Origin: Deltaproteobacteria bacterium
Lineage (GTDB): Bacteria; Myxococcota; Kuafuiibacteriia; Kuafuiibacteriales; Kuafuiibacteriaceae
Reading direction: 5' to 3'
Length of the DNA stretch: 64,000 nucleotides
NCBI GenBank assembly: GCA_040218735.1
Contig: JAVJQW010000049.1
Location: 77,821-141,820 of the forward strand
Shown one piece after another: positions 9,157 through 17,824 of the stretch (the stretch's first letter is position 1; the number at the start of each line of letters is the position of its first letter). A program made the translations under genes and the position numbers. The notes beneath the pieces were generated by a model, which saw nothing but the letters and a program-made list of their open reading frames with translations, was not told the origin of the DNA and did not search any database.

Positions 9157-9269
9157 GTTCAGATCAAGGCTTGCGTGGGGCTAGGCTGAGGCCGGTCGCG
9201 AGAGCGACCGGTCCGAGGCCTGTGCCTAGGGCCTCCGCGTAGCGGAGGTGGCGTGAAAGGCCTAGCGCT

Positions 9270-10547
9270 TCACGCGGGCGGGTTGAGCGCGTCGATCGAA
9301 CGCTCGGTGCGGTCGAGGTCGCCGCCGAAGGTGCGCATCAGCGCGCGGTGCACGTCCTGACGCTGGTCGGTGCAGATGAAGCCGCGCTCCGCCGTACGGC
9401 CGCGCGACAGGTAACGGCTGACCGCCGCGTACGTCGTGCGGATGGCCGTGGCCTCCGCCTGGTTGCCCTGGGCCTCCTGAGCCGACGCGCGGCGCTCGAC
9501 GTCGCGCGGGCCGTTGATGCTGCGGCGACCGCCGTCGTAGAGGAGCTCCATCGCGTAGGCGACCTTCGACGCAAACGCCGCTTCGCTGCGGAAGTTGGCG
9601 GACGTGTCGATGTCGTTGATGCGCTGCATCCGGGTGCCGGTCAGGAGCGCGTCGGCGTTCGAGCTGTCGGAGCGCGCCGAAGCGATCTCGTCACGCGTCA
9701 GGTAGCCCTTGTCGCCGGCGCGGCGCTCGTAGATGCCGTTGAGGTCCTTCTCGAGCTTCGCGAGGTTCGCCGCCGTCGGGACGAACGCGAGGACGCCGTT
9801 CGACGTGGACTGGTTGCGGTGCGCGCCGTAGCGGGCGGCCTGCAGGAGCACCTGGACGATCGAGTCGGAGATGCCGTTCGCGGACATCGTGCGCTCGAGC
9901 GAGCCGGGCTGGCCGCCCTCGGACGCGAAGGTCACGACCTCACGCATCTGACGCGTCCAGCGGGTCTCGCTGTTCGAGGCGGGCTCGAGCGTGGTCGCCT
10001 TCGCGAGGAGCGCGACGATCGCCTTGTTGGCCGAGCGGATGTCGTCCAGCGTCTTGGCGCCGGCCGGAATCGACGGGGCCACCGGAGCGGTCGGCGCGGT
10101 CGGGGCGGCGGGGGCGCTCGGCGCGGTCTGGCCGGCGTTGCTGCTGGGGCGGCTCGGCTTGCTCGAGGAGCCCGGGGCGCCGTCGGTCGCGTGGAAGCGG
10201 CCCATCTGCTGCAGGAAGTAGTCGCGCGACTTCGTGGACGTGAAGTCGACCGCGCGCTCCTTCTTGCCCGTGACCTCCATGGACACGTTCTGGCGCATGT
10301 CGTCCGCCTTCACGTAGAGCGGGCGGAGCGCGGCGGCCTCGGCCTTCGACCAGCGGCGGGCGCCGGGCGTGACGGCGCGGTCACGGAGCTGCGGGGCGCG
10401 GACGAGCTCGTCCGTGTCCTTCTCGCTCCAGCCGCCGCGGAGGTTGTTGTACGTGAGTGTCGCGACGCTCTTGTCCGCGCGAGCGCTCTCGAACTGGGGG
10501 TTCGCGGCGCCGATTTGAGTCTTGACGGTGGTCGTGCTGAAAGCCAT
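9270..10547 (-). CDS. Hypothetical cytoplasmic protein (425 aa) with a Pro/Ala-rich linker; no recognisable domain
   Basis: MAFSTTTVKTQIGAANPQFE with a GAGGAGA Shine-Dalgarno 7 nt upstream. Diverse composition (K, N, Q, S, T, Y). Internal APSAPAAPTAPTAPVAPSIPAG linker. The overlapping + strand ORF 9348..10595 is Arg/Ala-rich antisense junk. Divergent from the 10846 gene. Confidence 0.7.
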   Translation of the reverse strand: MAFSTTTVKTQIGAANPQFESARADKSVATLTYNNLRGGWSEKDTDELVRAPQLRDRAVTPGARRWSKAEAAALRPLYVKADDMRQNVSMEVTGKKERAVDFTSTKSRDYFLQQMGRFHATDGAPGSSSKPSRPSSNAGQTAPSAPAAPTAPTAPVAPSIPAGAKTLDDIRSANKAIVALLAKATTLEPASNSETRWTRQMREVVTFASEGGQPGSLERTMSANGISDSIVQVLLQAARYGAHRNQSTSNGVLAFVPTAANLAKLEKDLNGIYERRAGDKGYLTRDEIASARSDSSNADALLTGTRMQRINDIDTSANFRSEAAFASKVAYAMELLYDGGRRSINGPRDVERRASAQEAQGNQAEATAIRTTYAAVSRYLSRGRTAERGFICTDQRQDVHRALMRTFGGDLDRTERSIDALNPPA

Positions 10548-10716
10548 TTCTTCGTCTCCTCAGGGCGATTGAGCCCTGTTCCTCCTGGCACTTGAGCAGA
10601 CGGTGCGTCCTCGGCGTGCCTGATAGCGTTCGGTGCAATGTTCGGTGCAACTGTCGGTAGGAGACTTACTTGCTCCCACCTTGCAGGGATATGTATCGCG
10701 GGGTGAGACAATTTGT

Positions 10717-10739
10717 TGTGTGACAGAACACGTCACACA
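10717..10739. promoter_or_regulatory. Perfect inverted repeat TGTGTGAC-N7-GTCACACA in the divergent promoter region (candidate operator)
   Basis: Read directly from the sequence: 10717-10724 TGTGTGAC, spacer AGAACAC, 10732-10739 GTCACACA. It lies 107 bp upstream of ATG 10846 and 170 bp upstream of the 10547 start. Confidence 0.5.
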
Positions 10740-10845
10740 GGGTCCGTGTTCAGGAAGTCACAGGAAACGCTCGGGTTTCCTCCACCAAAAAAATTTGGGC
10801 GCCCTACGGACGAACCCCGCAGCGGTTCCGCGCGATAATGTAGGC

Positions 10846-13800
10846 ATGCCGCGCCCGGGCCCCAACGCGCCGCTCTCGTGGCAGCGGCCGACCGTCCCGA
10901 CGCGGTCGGAGGCCGAGGCGGTCACGTCCGGGGTCGAGACCGAGCTCCTCGAGCGCGTCGACGAGCTCAAGGAGCGCATCGGGACGGGGCAGGAGATGGG
11001 CGGGGAGGCGGGTGGCCCCGACGTCAACCTGCGCCGTGACGCGCTGTCGGCGCTCCGCGCGAAGTACGACGCGCAGGCGCTCGAAGCGCGGCTCCCCAAG
11101 CGGGGCCGCCGGGTGTTCACGAACCTCGTCAAGGACCTCGCGTGGATCGACGCCGCGGAGCGCCAGTCTTTGACCGACGGCAAGCCGTTCGACTTCTCGT
11201 GGTCGAAGAACCCGATGAGCACCGCCTCCGTGCTCACCCAACTCGCGGCCAAGCGCGCGACGTTCGCGGCCGAGCAGACGGCGGCCATCCAAGCCAACCC
11301 CGCGCTCCCCTACGATGCGAGCAACGACTCGCTCCTCGGGCCGCTCCAGGTCGACGACAAAAATCTCGCGGGGCAGATCCTCGCCGACACCCTCATTCAG
11401 TTCCGAGCCAAGCGCCGCAGCGAAGCGCTGATGGACCAGTCCCTCACGCCCGACCCGGAGCGCCGCTCGCAGGGGCGCATCGGATCGTCGGGCACGGTCA
11501 GCGCGTTCGAGCAGCGCCTCGCCGCCCAGTCGATCGACTCGGGGCGCGGCCTCGCCCCGCAGCGGCTGTACGCGCTGGGGCGGCTGACGATCGGCGGGGC
11601 GGTCGCCGGCTCCGTCAACGGGATCTACAAGGGGCGCAACTCGGTCGGATCGTTGCCGGGGTTCATGGGGCGCGGCGTAGCGTACGACCCCGTCGCCGAG
11701 GGGGCGGGCTTTTCGGCCAACTTCCACGACGCCATCCACAAGAGCTACTCCGCGAACACCCCGGCGGCGGTCGAGCACTACGTCAAACACCGCGCGTTCA
11801 CGGGCGGCGACGTCGAGGACCGCCCGTTCATCATGCGCGACCTCGTCGATGCGGCGCTCGAGCGCGACGTCGACAAGGCGCGTTTGATCCTGGACGGCGT
11901 CGAGCGCCGCTTCGGCTACACGGTGCCGGGCCTCGACGGCATCACGAAACACGAGGACCTGAAGAAGGCGATCGCGAAGCACTTCAAGAAGAACACGGAT
12001 CTCCCCGGCCTCAAGACCGCGAAGCTCGTCGGCGTCCTCAAGGCGCTCTCGCTGATCTCGACGACGTACCAGGCCATCGTGCTCGACCGGCCCACGGTGC
12101 GTGAGCTGCGTGGGTCGATGTTCTTCGCGAAGAGCGCCGAGCTCGACGTCGCGCGGCTCGTCGCCGCGATGGAGAAGGGCGACACCACGGCGCAGATCGA
12201 AGCGGTCGGGCGCGCGCGCAAAGCGCTGAAGAAGGCGTTCTTCGAGCTCGACGACGGCTACGAACGGCAGATGCTGTGGCGCCTCGATCGTCGCATCGAG
12301 CTGCTCGCGACGGAGCTGATCGGCACCTCCGTCGACCGCGTGCTCTCGGGGGAGGCGGACGTCGGCGAGGCCCTCGTCGCGCTCCGCTCCGCGCTCCGCA
12401 ACGTCAACGCGAGCGGCTACGACGCGCTCCGCGGACGCAAGAAGACGGCGCCGGTCGAGGACCTGTCGAAGCTCGAGAAGGAGGTCGACCGCCTGATCGG
12501 CTCCGGCGAGACAACCGTCGAGGACCTCCGGGCGCTGATGACGAAGGTCTTTGCGTCGGCGACCGAAGTGACGGACGCGATGTCGATCTACTTCGCGCGC
12601 CGGGAGTCGGCGATTCGGTTCTCGCCCATCGACGTCGAGCTCGACCCGGACTTCACGGGCAACCTCGTGAAGGAGTCGCCGCTGCAGCACCTCCTCAGCC
12701 TGTCGAACCACCTGCGCACGCTCGACATGAAGACGGACATCAGCGCCGAGCAGATCCGCTTCGTCGGCGGGATGCGGGTGCTGAACTCCACGGGGCCGCG
12801 CGTCTACAAACGCATCCTCGTCGCGAAGACCCCTGAGGCGCTCAAGCGCTACGCGCCGACCGTCGACGACCTGTGCGTCGTGCGCTCCGCCGACGAGAAG
12901 AACCTCGTGTACGACGGCGGCCTCGTGCTCGACACCAAGGACGCCGGACCGGGCCTCGCGCACGCCGCGGTGTTCGCGAAGGGGCACGGCATCAACGCGA
13001 TCGCGCTGCCGAACCTCGACGAGGCGATCGAGACGTTCTTCGACAAGGCGAAGGGCGACGGACCGCACCTCGGCTTCTACGTCGACCCGCGCGCCGAGAG
13101 CTTCGTGATCAAGCCGCTCTCCGCTGCGGTGAACGAGGGTCTGGTGAAGCCGGCGCAGATCGACACACTTCGCCCGGGGTTCAACCTGGAGATCGACGTG
13201 TTCGACGTGAACGACGCCGCCGAGCGCGTGCGGATCGCGGAGCACACGCTGCACCGCTCCGACCAGCACGAGACCCGGAGCATCGAGCTCATCGCGCCGG
13301 ACCTCGACGACGCGCTCGACCTCGGCGGACCCGCGTCGTTTTCGAAGCTCGGCGCTTTCTCGATCGATCAGGTGCGGCAGGTGAGCGGGGAGAAGGGCGC
13401 GGTGCTCGTGGACCTCGCGAAGTCGGAGCGTCTGAAGGCGCTCGGCGTGAAGGTCCCGGACGGCGGCTCGGTCCCGCCGTTCTCCGTGGCTTCGTTGCTG
13501 CTCGAGGCGAAGGTCGGATCGAAGTCGCTCCTCGAGCTGTGGGACGCGGCGCCGGCGCGCGCTGGGTTCGACGATCCGAAGAAACGCCCGACGCAGCTGA
13601 AGAACCTGAAGAAGACCACCGCGACCGCGCTGAAGGGCGCGTTGCTCGACGGCAACAACCCCACCGCGCTGGGGCAACGCATGCTCGCCCAGCTCTCGGA
13701 CGCCCTGGATCTGAAGGACACCGACGACTGGATCTTCCGTTCGAGCTTCACCGCGGAGGACCGCCCCAACAAGAGCGGCGCCGGTCAGTACGACTCCGTG

Positions 13801-14310
13801 CTCGTCGCCGCGAAGCCGAAGCGCACCCTCGCCAAGCGCCGCCTGGAGGCGATCGCCGACGTGATCGCTTCGGCCTGGAACCCCTCCGCGGTCGAGAGCA
13901 ACCTCGCCGCGAACGTTCCGTTGGATCTCGTGTGGCCGAGCATCGTCGTGCAGCACGCGATCGACGACCCAACGGTGAGCGGCGTCGGTGTGTCGCGCGG
14001 CGCGACGGGGGGCTTCGGGGAGGTGAGCTACCAGGCCACCCCCGAGTTCGGCGGCGGCGTGGCCGGCGGTGACTGTGAAGAGGGCACCCTCGGAGCGCGG
14101 GACCAACGTGTCCTGACCGGCTTCGGCGGGCAGGACACGTCACTCCTCACGCCGAAGCAGCAGGGGCTGCTGCGCGACGCGATCCTCGCCATCGAGGAGG
14201 ACTTCCACGAACGCATCGAGCCGGGGCAGGGACACGCGGTCGACGTGGAGTGGGCGTTCGTGAAGGACCAGCTCTACATCCTACAGGCGCGCGTCATCAC
14301 CGGCGTGTAA
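10846..14310 (+). CDS. Large (1154 aa) dikinase-like protein: unknown N-terminal ~690 aa, then a PEP-utilizing phosphohistidine (swivel) domain, then a C-terminal PPDK_N-type ATP-binding domain
   Basis: ATG 10846, in frame with ORF 10633..14310 and downstream of the AT-rich spacer. The His-domain motif ILVAKTPEALKRY...GGLVLDTKDAGPGLAHAAVFAKGHGINAIAL parallels ILVAEDLTPSD...G(I/V)[25 protein letters not shown]. The C-terminus parallels PPDK_N: GEKGAVLVDLAKSERLKALGVKVPDGGSVP matches GGKGANLGEL..GxPVPxGFxI, FRSSFTAEDRPNKSGAGQYDSVL matches RSSATAEDLPDASFAGQ, VQHAIDDPTVSGVGVS, and VDVEWAFVKDQLYILQARVITGV matches DIEWAxxdGkLyILQxRPIT. Confidence 0.75.
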   Translation: MPRPGPNAPLSWQRPTVPTRSEAEAVTSGVETELLERVDELKERIGTGQEMGGEAGGPDVNLRRDALSALRAKYDAQALEARLPKRGRRVFTNLVKDLAWIDAAERQSLTDGKPFDFSWSKNPMSTASVLTQLAAKRATFAAEQTAAIQANPALPYDASNDSLLGPLQVDDKNLAGQILADTLIQFRAKRRSEALMDQSLTPDPERRSQGRIGSSGTVSAFEQRLAAQSIDSGRGLAPQRLYALGRLTIGGAVAGSVNGIYKGRNSVGSLPGFMGRGVAYDPVAEGAGFSANFHDAIHKSYSANTPAAVEHYVKHRAFTGGDVEDRPFIMRDLVDAALERDVDKARLILDGVERRFGYTVPGLDGITKHEDLKKAIAKHFKKNTDLPGLKTAKLVGVLKALSLISTTYQAIVLDRPTVRELRGSMFFAKSAELDVARLVAAMEKGDTTAQIEAVGRARKALKKAFFELDDGYERQMLWRLDRRIELLATELIGTSVDRVLSGEADVGEALVALRSALRNVNASGYDALRGRKKTAPVEDLSKLEKEVDRLIGSGETTVEDLRALMTKVFASATEVTDAMSIYFARRESAIRFSPIDVELDPDFTGNLVKESPLQHLLSLSNHLRTLDMKTDISAEQIRFVGGMRVLNSTGPRVYKRILVAKTPEALKRYAPTVDDLCVVRSADEKNLVYDGGLVLDTKDAGPGLAHAAVFAKGHGINAIALPNLDEAIETFFDKAKGDGPHLGFYVDPRAESFVIKPLSAAVNEGLVKPAQIDTLRPGFNLEIDVFDVNDAAERVRIAEHTLHRSDQHETRSIELIAPDLDDALDLGGPASFSKLGAFSIDQVRQVSGEKGAVLVDLAKSERLKALGVKVPDGGSVPPFSVASLLLEAKVGSKSLLELWDAAPARAGFDDPKKRPTQLKNLKKTTATALKGALLDGNNPTALGQRMLAQLSDALDLKDTDDWIFRSSFTAEDRPNKSGAGQYDSVLVAAKPKRTLAKRRLEAIADVIASAWNPSAVESNLAANVPLDLVWPSIVVQHAIDDPTVSGVGVSRGATGGFGEVSYQATPEFGGGVAGGDCEEGTLGARDQRVLTGFGGQDTSLLTPKQQGLLRDAILAIEEDFHERIEPGQGHAVDVEWAFVKDQLYILQARVITGV

Positions 14311-14319
14311 GCTCGGTGG

Positions 14320-15402
14320 GTGACCGAGCCGATCAACCTGCTGGAGCTGGAAGCGCTCGCGAAGAAGAAGCTCGCGCAGAACGCGTTCGACTACTACGTC
14401 AGCGGCGCGCACGACGAGATCACCCTGCGCAACAACCGCGCGGCGTTCGATCGAATCGAGCTGATGTACCGCGTGCTCGTCGACGTCTCGACGCGTTCAT
14501 TGGCGACGACCGCGTTGGGCCTGCCGATCGCGTTCCCGGTGATTGTCGCGCCGACGGCGTTCCACCGGATGGCGTGCGCCGACGGTGAGCTCGCGACCGC
14601 GCGCGCCGCGTCGAACGCGGGCACGGTCATGATCCTCAGCTCGCTGTCGAACACCCGCGTCGAGGAGGTCTGCGCCGAAGCCGATGGCCCGGTGTTCTTC
14701 CAGCAGTACATCTACAGGGACCGCGGCGCGACGAAGGCGCTGATGGAGCGCGCGGAGGCGGCGGGGGCGAAGGCGTTCGTCATCACCGTCGACGCCCCGA
14801 AGCTCGGCACCCGCGAGCGCGACGTGCGCAATCGCTTCCACCTCCCCGAGGGGCTCTCCGTCGAGAACATGGTCGCGGAGGGCTACGGCGAGGTCGCGGC
14901 CCCGCCGAACGACTCGGGGCTGTCGGCGTACTTCGCGTCGCTGATCGATCCGTCGTTTTCGTGGAAGGACCTCGACTGGCTGCGCTCGGTGACGTCGCTG
15001 CCGATCGTCCTCAAGGGGATCGTCCGCGAGGACGACGCAAAGCGCGCCGCCGAAGCGGGTGTGCAGGGCATCGTCGTCTCGAACCACGGCGGCCGACAGC
15101 TCGACACCTCCATCGCGACCATCGACGCGCTCCCCGGCGTGGTCGACGCCGTCGAGGGACGCGTGGAGGTCTTCATGGACGGTGGCGTCCGCCGCGGTAC
15201 GGACGTCCTCAAGGCGCTCGCCTTCGGCGCGCGCGCGGTGTTGATCGGGCGACCGATCCTCTGGGGCCTCGGCTACGCCGGTGAGGCGGGCGCGTCGCGC
15301 GCGCTCGAGATGCTGAAGGAGGAGCTCGACCTCGCGATGATGCTCGCCGGCGCGCCGACGGTCGCCGACGTCACCCGCGATCTCATCCGCGTTTCTTCGT
15401 GA
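14320..15402 (+). CDS. lldD: FMN-dependent alpha-hydroxy-acid dehydrogenase (L-lactate dehydrogenase/glycolate oxidase family)
   Basis: GTG start 14320. AFDYYVSGAHDEITLRNNRAAFDRIEL, the family's N-terminal signature. SNHGGRQLD is the active-site motif. The length matches the family. Confidence 0.85.
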   Translation: MTEPINLLELEALAKKKLAQNAFDYYVSGAHDEITLRNNRAAFDRIELMYRVLVDVSTRSLATTALGLPIAFPVIVAPTAFHRMACADGELATARAASNAGTVMILSSLSNTRVEEVCAEADGPVFFQQYIYRDRGATKALMERAEAAGAKAFVITVDAPKLGTRERDVRNRFHLPEGLSVENMVAEGYGEVAAPPNDSGLSAYFASLIDPSFSWKDLDWLRSVTSLPIVLKGIVREDDAKRAAEAGVQGIVVSNHGGRQLDTSIATIDALPGVVDAVEGRVEVFMDGGVRRGTDVLKALAFGARAVLIGRPILWGLGYAGEAGASRALEMLKEELDLAMMLAGAPTVADVTRDLIRVSS

Positions 15403-15856
15403 ACGCGGCGAGGCCCTTCATCGCCTGACCGCGCACCTTGTTCTGTACGATCGGGCTCCAGCCGAGGAGCACACCCATGGGGCCGAGCGCCATGCGCGTC
15501 CACGCCCACATGTCGAACGTGTCGCGGTGCACCTTGATGAGGCCGTCCTCGATCTCGAAGCGCGCGTCGATCTTGTTGTGCACGAAGCGCCCGGTCGCGG
15601 AGAACGTGTACTTCGCCTCCCAGTGCGCGGTGACGATGCGTTCGCTCGCAACGACGTCGGAGTGGGTGACGACGAGATCCTTCCCGCGCTCGACGAGCAT
15701 CCGCCACATGTTGCGAGCGCCCGCACCGTCGAGGTTCGTGAAGACCGGGTCCGAGAACTTCGCGTCGTCGCGGTAACACGACGCCATCGTCTCGGCGTCC
15801 TTGTTCGCAAACGCTTCGTAGAATTTGTGGATCAGCTGCGCGTGGTCCGACGACAT
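15383..15856 (-). CDS. SnoaL-like / NTF2-like (ketosteroid-isomerase fold) protein
   Basis: 157 aa, MSSDHAQLIHKFYEAFANKDAETMASCY... matches the typical SnoaL_2 N-terminus. Overlaps the 3' end of the lldD-like gene by 20 bp (convergent). Confidence 0.7.
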   Translation of the reverse strand: MSSDHAQLIHKFYEAFANKDAETMASCYRDDAKFSDPVFTNLDGAGARNMWRMLVERGKDLVVTHSDVVASERIVTAHWEAKYTFSATGRFVHNKIDARFEIEDGLIKVHRDTFDMWAWTRMALGPMGVLLGWSPIVQNKVRGQAMKGLAAFTKKRG

Positions 15857-15865
15857 GCCGGGCCT

Positions 15866-17362
15866 CTATAGCCAGCGTTCCGCGAAGTGTGAAGCGAGGC
15901 CCATGATCGTGTGCTGCGGGTTCACGCCGAGGTTCGTCGGAATCACCGACGCGTCCGCGACGTACAGGCCCTCGCAGTCGAAGACCTTGCCCGTCGCGTC
16001 GCACACGCCGCTCGAACGGTCGCGCCCCATCGCGCAGCCCCCGAACAAGTGGGACAGGATGGCCACGTAGGATCGCGGCTCGAGCGGCGCGTCGAGGAGT
16101 GTGTCGAGCTCGTCCGGTCCGATGTCGTACGCGAACCCGTGGATGAACGGCACCACGCGCTTCGCGCCGGCCGAGAAGTGCATCGACGCGACGAAGTGGA
16201 TCCCGCGCCGCAGCCGCTCCATGTCGGCGCGGTCGAGTGTGTACTTCACGACCGGCTTGTCGAACATCCCGTTCGACACCGTGCCCGTCGACTCCGCGCG
16301 CACCGCGTGGACCCACATCGCCATGTGCCGGTACTCGGCGAGGCGGGCCATGAGCTTCTTGCCGCCGCCGCCGACACGCGACGCCACGAGCTCCGGGGGG
16401 ATGGAGAGCGTCTCGAGCTTGAGCCCCGGTGACTCGCGAAACTTCGTGCTCGCCCAGCCCTGCGTGGCGCCGATGTTCATGTCCACGACCTCGTCGTAGA
16501 GCCCCATCACGCCCGTGCCGGGGTGCGCGCGGAAGTACTTGCCGAGCGCCGGGAGCTTCACGCCGGAGCGCTGGAGCAGGGCGGGGCTGTGCGTCGCCGA
16601 GGCCGCGATGACCACGCCGCGCTTGGCGCGCAGCTCGAAGGTCCCGCCGCGGCGTCGCGTCGAGGGGTGCTTGAAGCGGCCCGTCACGCCGACCGCGCGG
16701 CCCCCTTCGAAGCGAACACGTTTGACCGGCGCGCACGAGACGACGTGTCCGCCGCGCTCCATCACCTCCGGGATCCACGCGAGGTTCGTGCTCTGCTTGC
16801 GACCCTTCTTGCACCCCTGCAGGCACTGCCCGGTGCCTTCACAGTCCTTCGCGTAGCGGCGCATCACGTGGCCGCCGTAACCGAGCCGTTCGTCCGCGAG
16901 GATCGCGAGCTCGTTGGAGCGCCCGAGCGAGGGCGGCGGCACCTCGTTCACCGACAGCTCCGACTCGATCCGGGTCTCGTGTTCGAGGACGTTGCGCTCG
17001 AACTCGGCGTCGCCGACGCCGTAGTCGTCGCGCCACTGCGCGAAGATGTCGCCGGGCGTGGTCACGGAGATCGCCGAGTTGATCACCGTCGTCCCGCCTA
17101 CCGCGCTCGCCTGCACGACGGGCCACAGCGCACGCCCGCGCGTGATGGTGCTGCCCCAGTCGTCCATGAGGTCGCGCATCGCGCCGTACACCGAGACGGG
17201 GTAGTGGTCCGGGTCGCGCCACGCGCCGGCTTCGACGAGCACCACCGAAGCCCCGCCGCGCGCGAGGGTCAGCGCCGCGGCCGAGCCGCCGGCGCCGCTG
17301 CCGACGACGACGAAGTCCGCGTCGAGCTCGACGTCGCCGTCCGAATAGGCGGTGTGGCTCAT
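15866..17362 (-). CDS. GMC-family FAD-dependent oxidoreductase
   Basis: ATG at 17362 gives MSHTAYSDGDVELDADFVVVGSGAGGSAAALTLARGGASVVLVEAG, the FAD-binding GxGxxG motif. The 586-aa ORF's N-terminal 88 aa are Arg-rich and I reject them. Confidence 0.85.
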   Translation of the reverse strand: MSHTAYSDGDVELDADFVVVGSGAGGSAAALTLARGGASVVLVEAGAWRDPDHYPVSVYGAMRDLMDDWGSTITRGRALWPVVQASAVGGTTVINSAISVTTPGDIFAQWRDDYGVGDAEFERNVLEHETRIESELSVNEVPPPSLGRSNELAILADERLGYGGHVMRRYAKDCEGTGQCLQGCKKGRKQSTNLAWIPEVMERGGHVVSCAPVKRVRFEGGRAVGVTGRFKHPSTRRRGGTFELRAKRGVVIAASATHSPALLQRSGVKLPALGKYFRAHPGTGVMGLYDEVVDMNIGATQGWASTKFRESPGLKLETLSIPPELVASRVGGGGKKLMARLAEYRHMAMWVHAVRAESTGTVSNGMFDKPVVKYTLDRADMERLRRGIHFVASMHFSAGAKRVVPFIHGFAYDIGPDELDTLLDAPLEPRSYVAILSHLFGGCAMGRDRSSGVCDATGKVFDCEGLYVADASVIPTNLGVNPQHTIMGLASHFAERWL

Positions 17363-17790
17363 GTCGTCCGCCACCGCGGCGGGTCGGCCGGGTAGGGCTC
17401 GAGCGCGAGCCGCTCGCGCGTCGTCGCGTGCTGGCCCCAGCACAGGCCGCCGGCCATCTTCAGCAGGAACACCAGCTGCCGCACGAGGTACAGCCGATGG
17501 CCCGCGAGGCGGTCCGCGTGTCGGTCGAGGGTGTCCGCAGACAACCAGAACGACGGTACGGGTCGGTACACCGTGAACAGCGGCGTCACCGTGAACACGA
17601 CCGCGCCCGCCACGATCCCGAGCCACATCAAACCCGACGCTTCACGTCGGTAACGGTCGACGAAGCCGTCGACGTCCATGCTCGCGATCCCGGGGAGCGC
17701 GTCAGACTCCGGAAAGAATGCGAGCAGCGCTCTCTTCACCAGCCAGCGCACGCCCCGTGATTCCTGACCGACTTGCGGGTCCTTTTCCAT
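17359..17790 (-). CDS. Small membrane protein coupled to the GMC oxidoreductase (putative anchoring subunit)
   Basis: ATG 17790 gives MEKDPQVGQESRG... with one TM segment (GLMWLGIVAGAVVFTVTPLF). Its stop overlaps the GMC start (ATGA at 17359-17362). Confidence 0.55.
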   Translation of the reverse strand: MEKDPQVGQESRGVRWLVKRALLAFFPESDALPGIASMDVDGFVDRYRREASGLMWLGIVAGAVVFTVTPLFTVYRPVPSFWLSADTLDRHADRLAGHRLYLVRQLVFLLKMAGGLCWGQHATTRERLALEPYPADPPRWRTT

Positions 17791-17824
17791 CGGTCGTTCG
17801 AGAAAAAATTGACGACATCGACAG

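Noticed and set aside
9348-10595. 415-aa + strand ORF opposite the 425-aa gene
   Set aside because: Its composition is dominated by R, A, G and V, whereas the minus-strand frame is compositionally diverse and has a canonical RBS. I kept the minus-strand gene.
10804-14106. 1100-aa minus-strand ORF antisense to the dikinase-like gene, plus nested ORFs 11142..12104 and 12873..14072
   Set aside because: Antisense and alternative frames of a gene whose sense frame carries recognisable PEP-utilizing motifs. Extreme Arg/Ala/Gly content.
15273-16826. 517-aa minus-strand ORF in another frame across the GMC and SnoaL-like genes
   Set aside because: Arg/Gly-rich. It overlaps two well-supported genes in a different frame.
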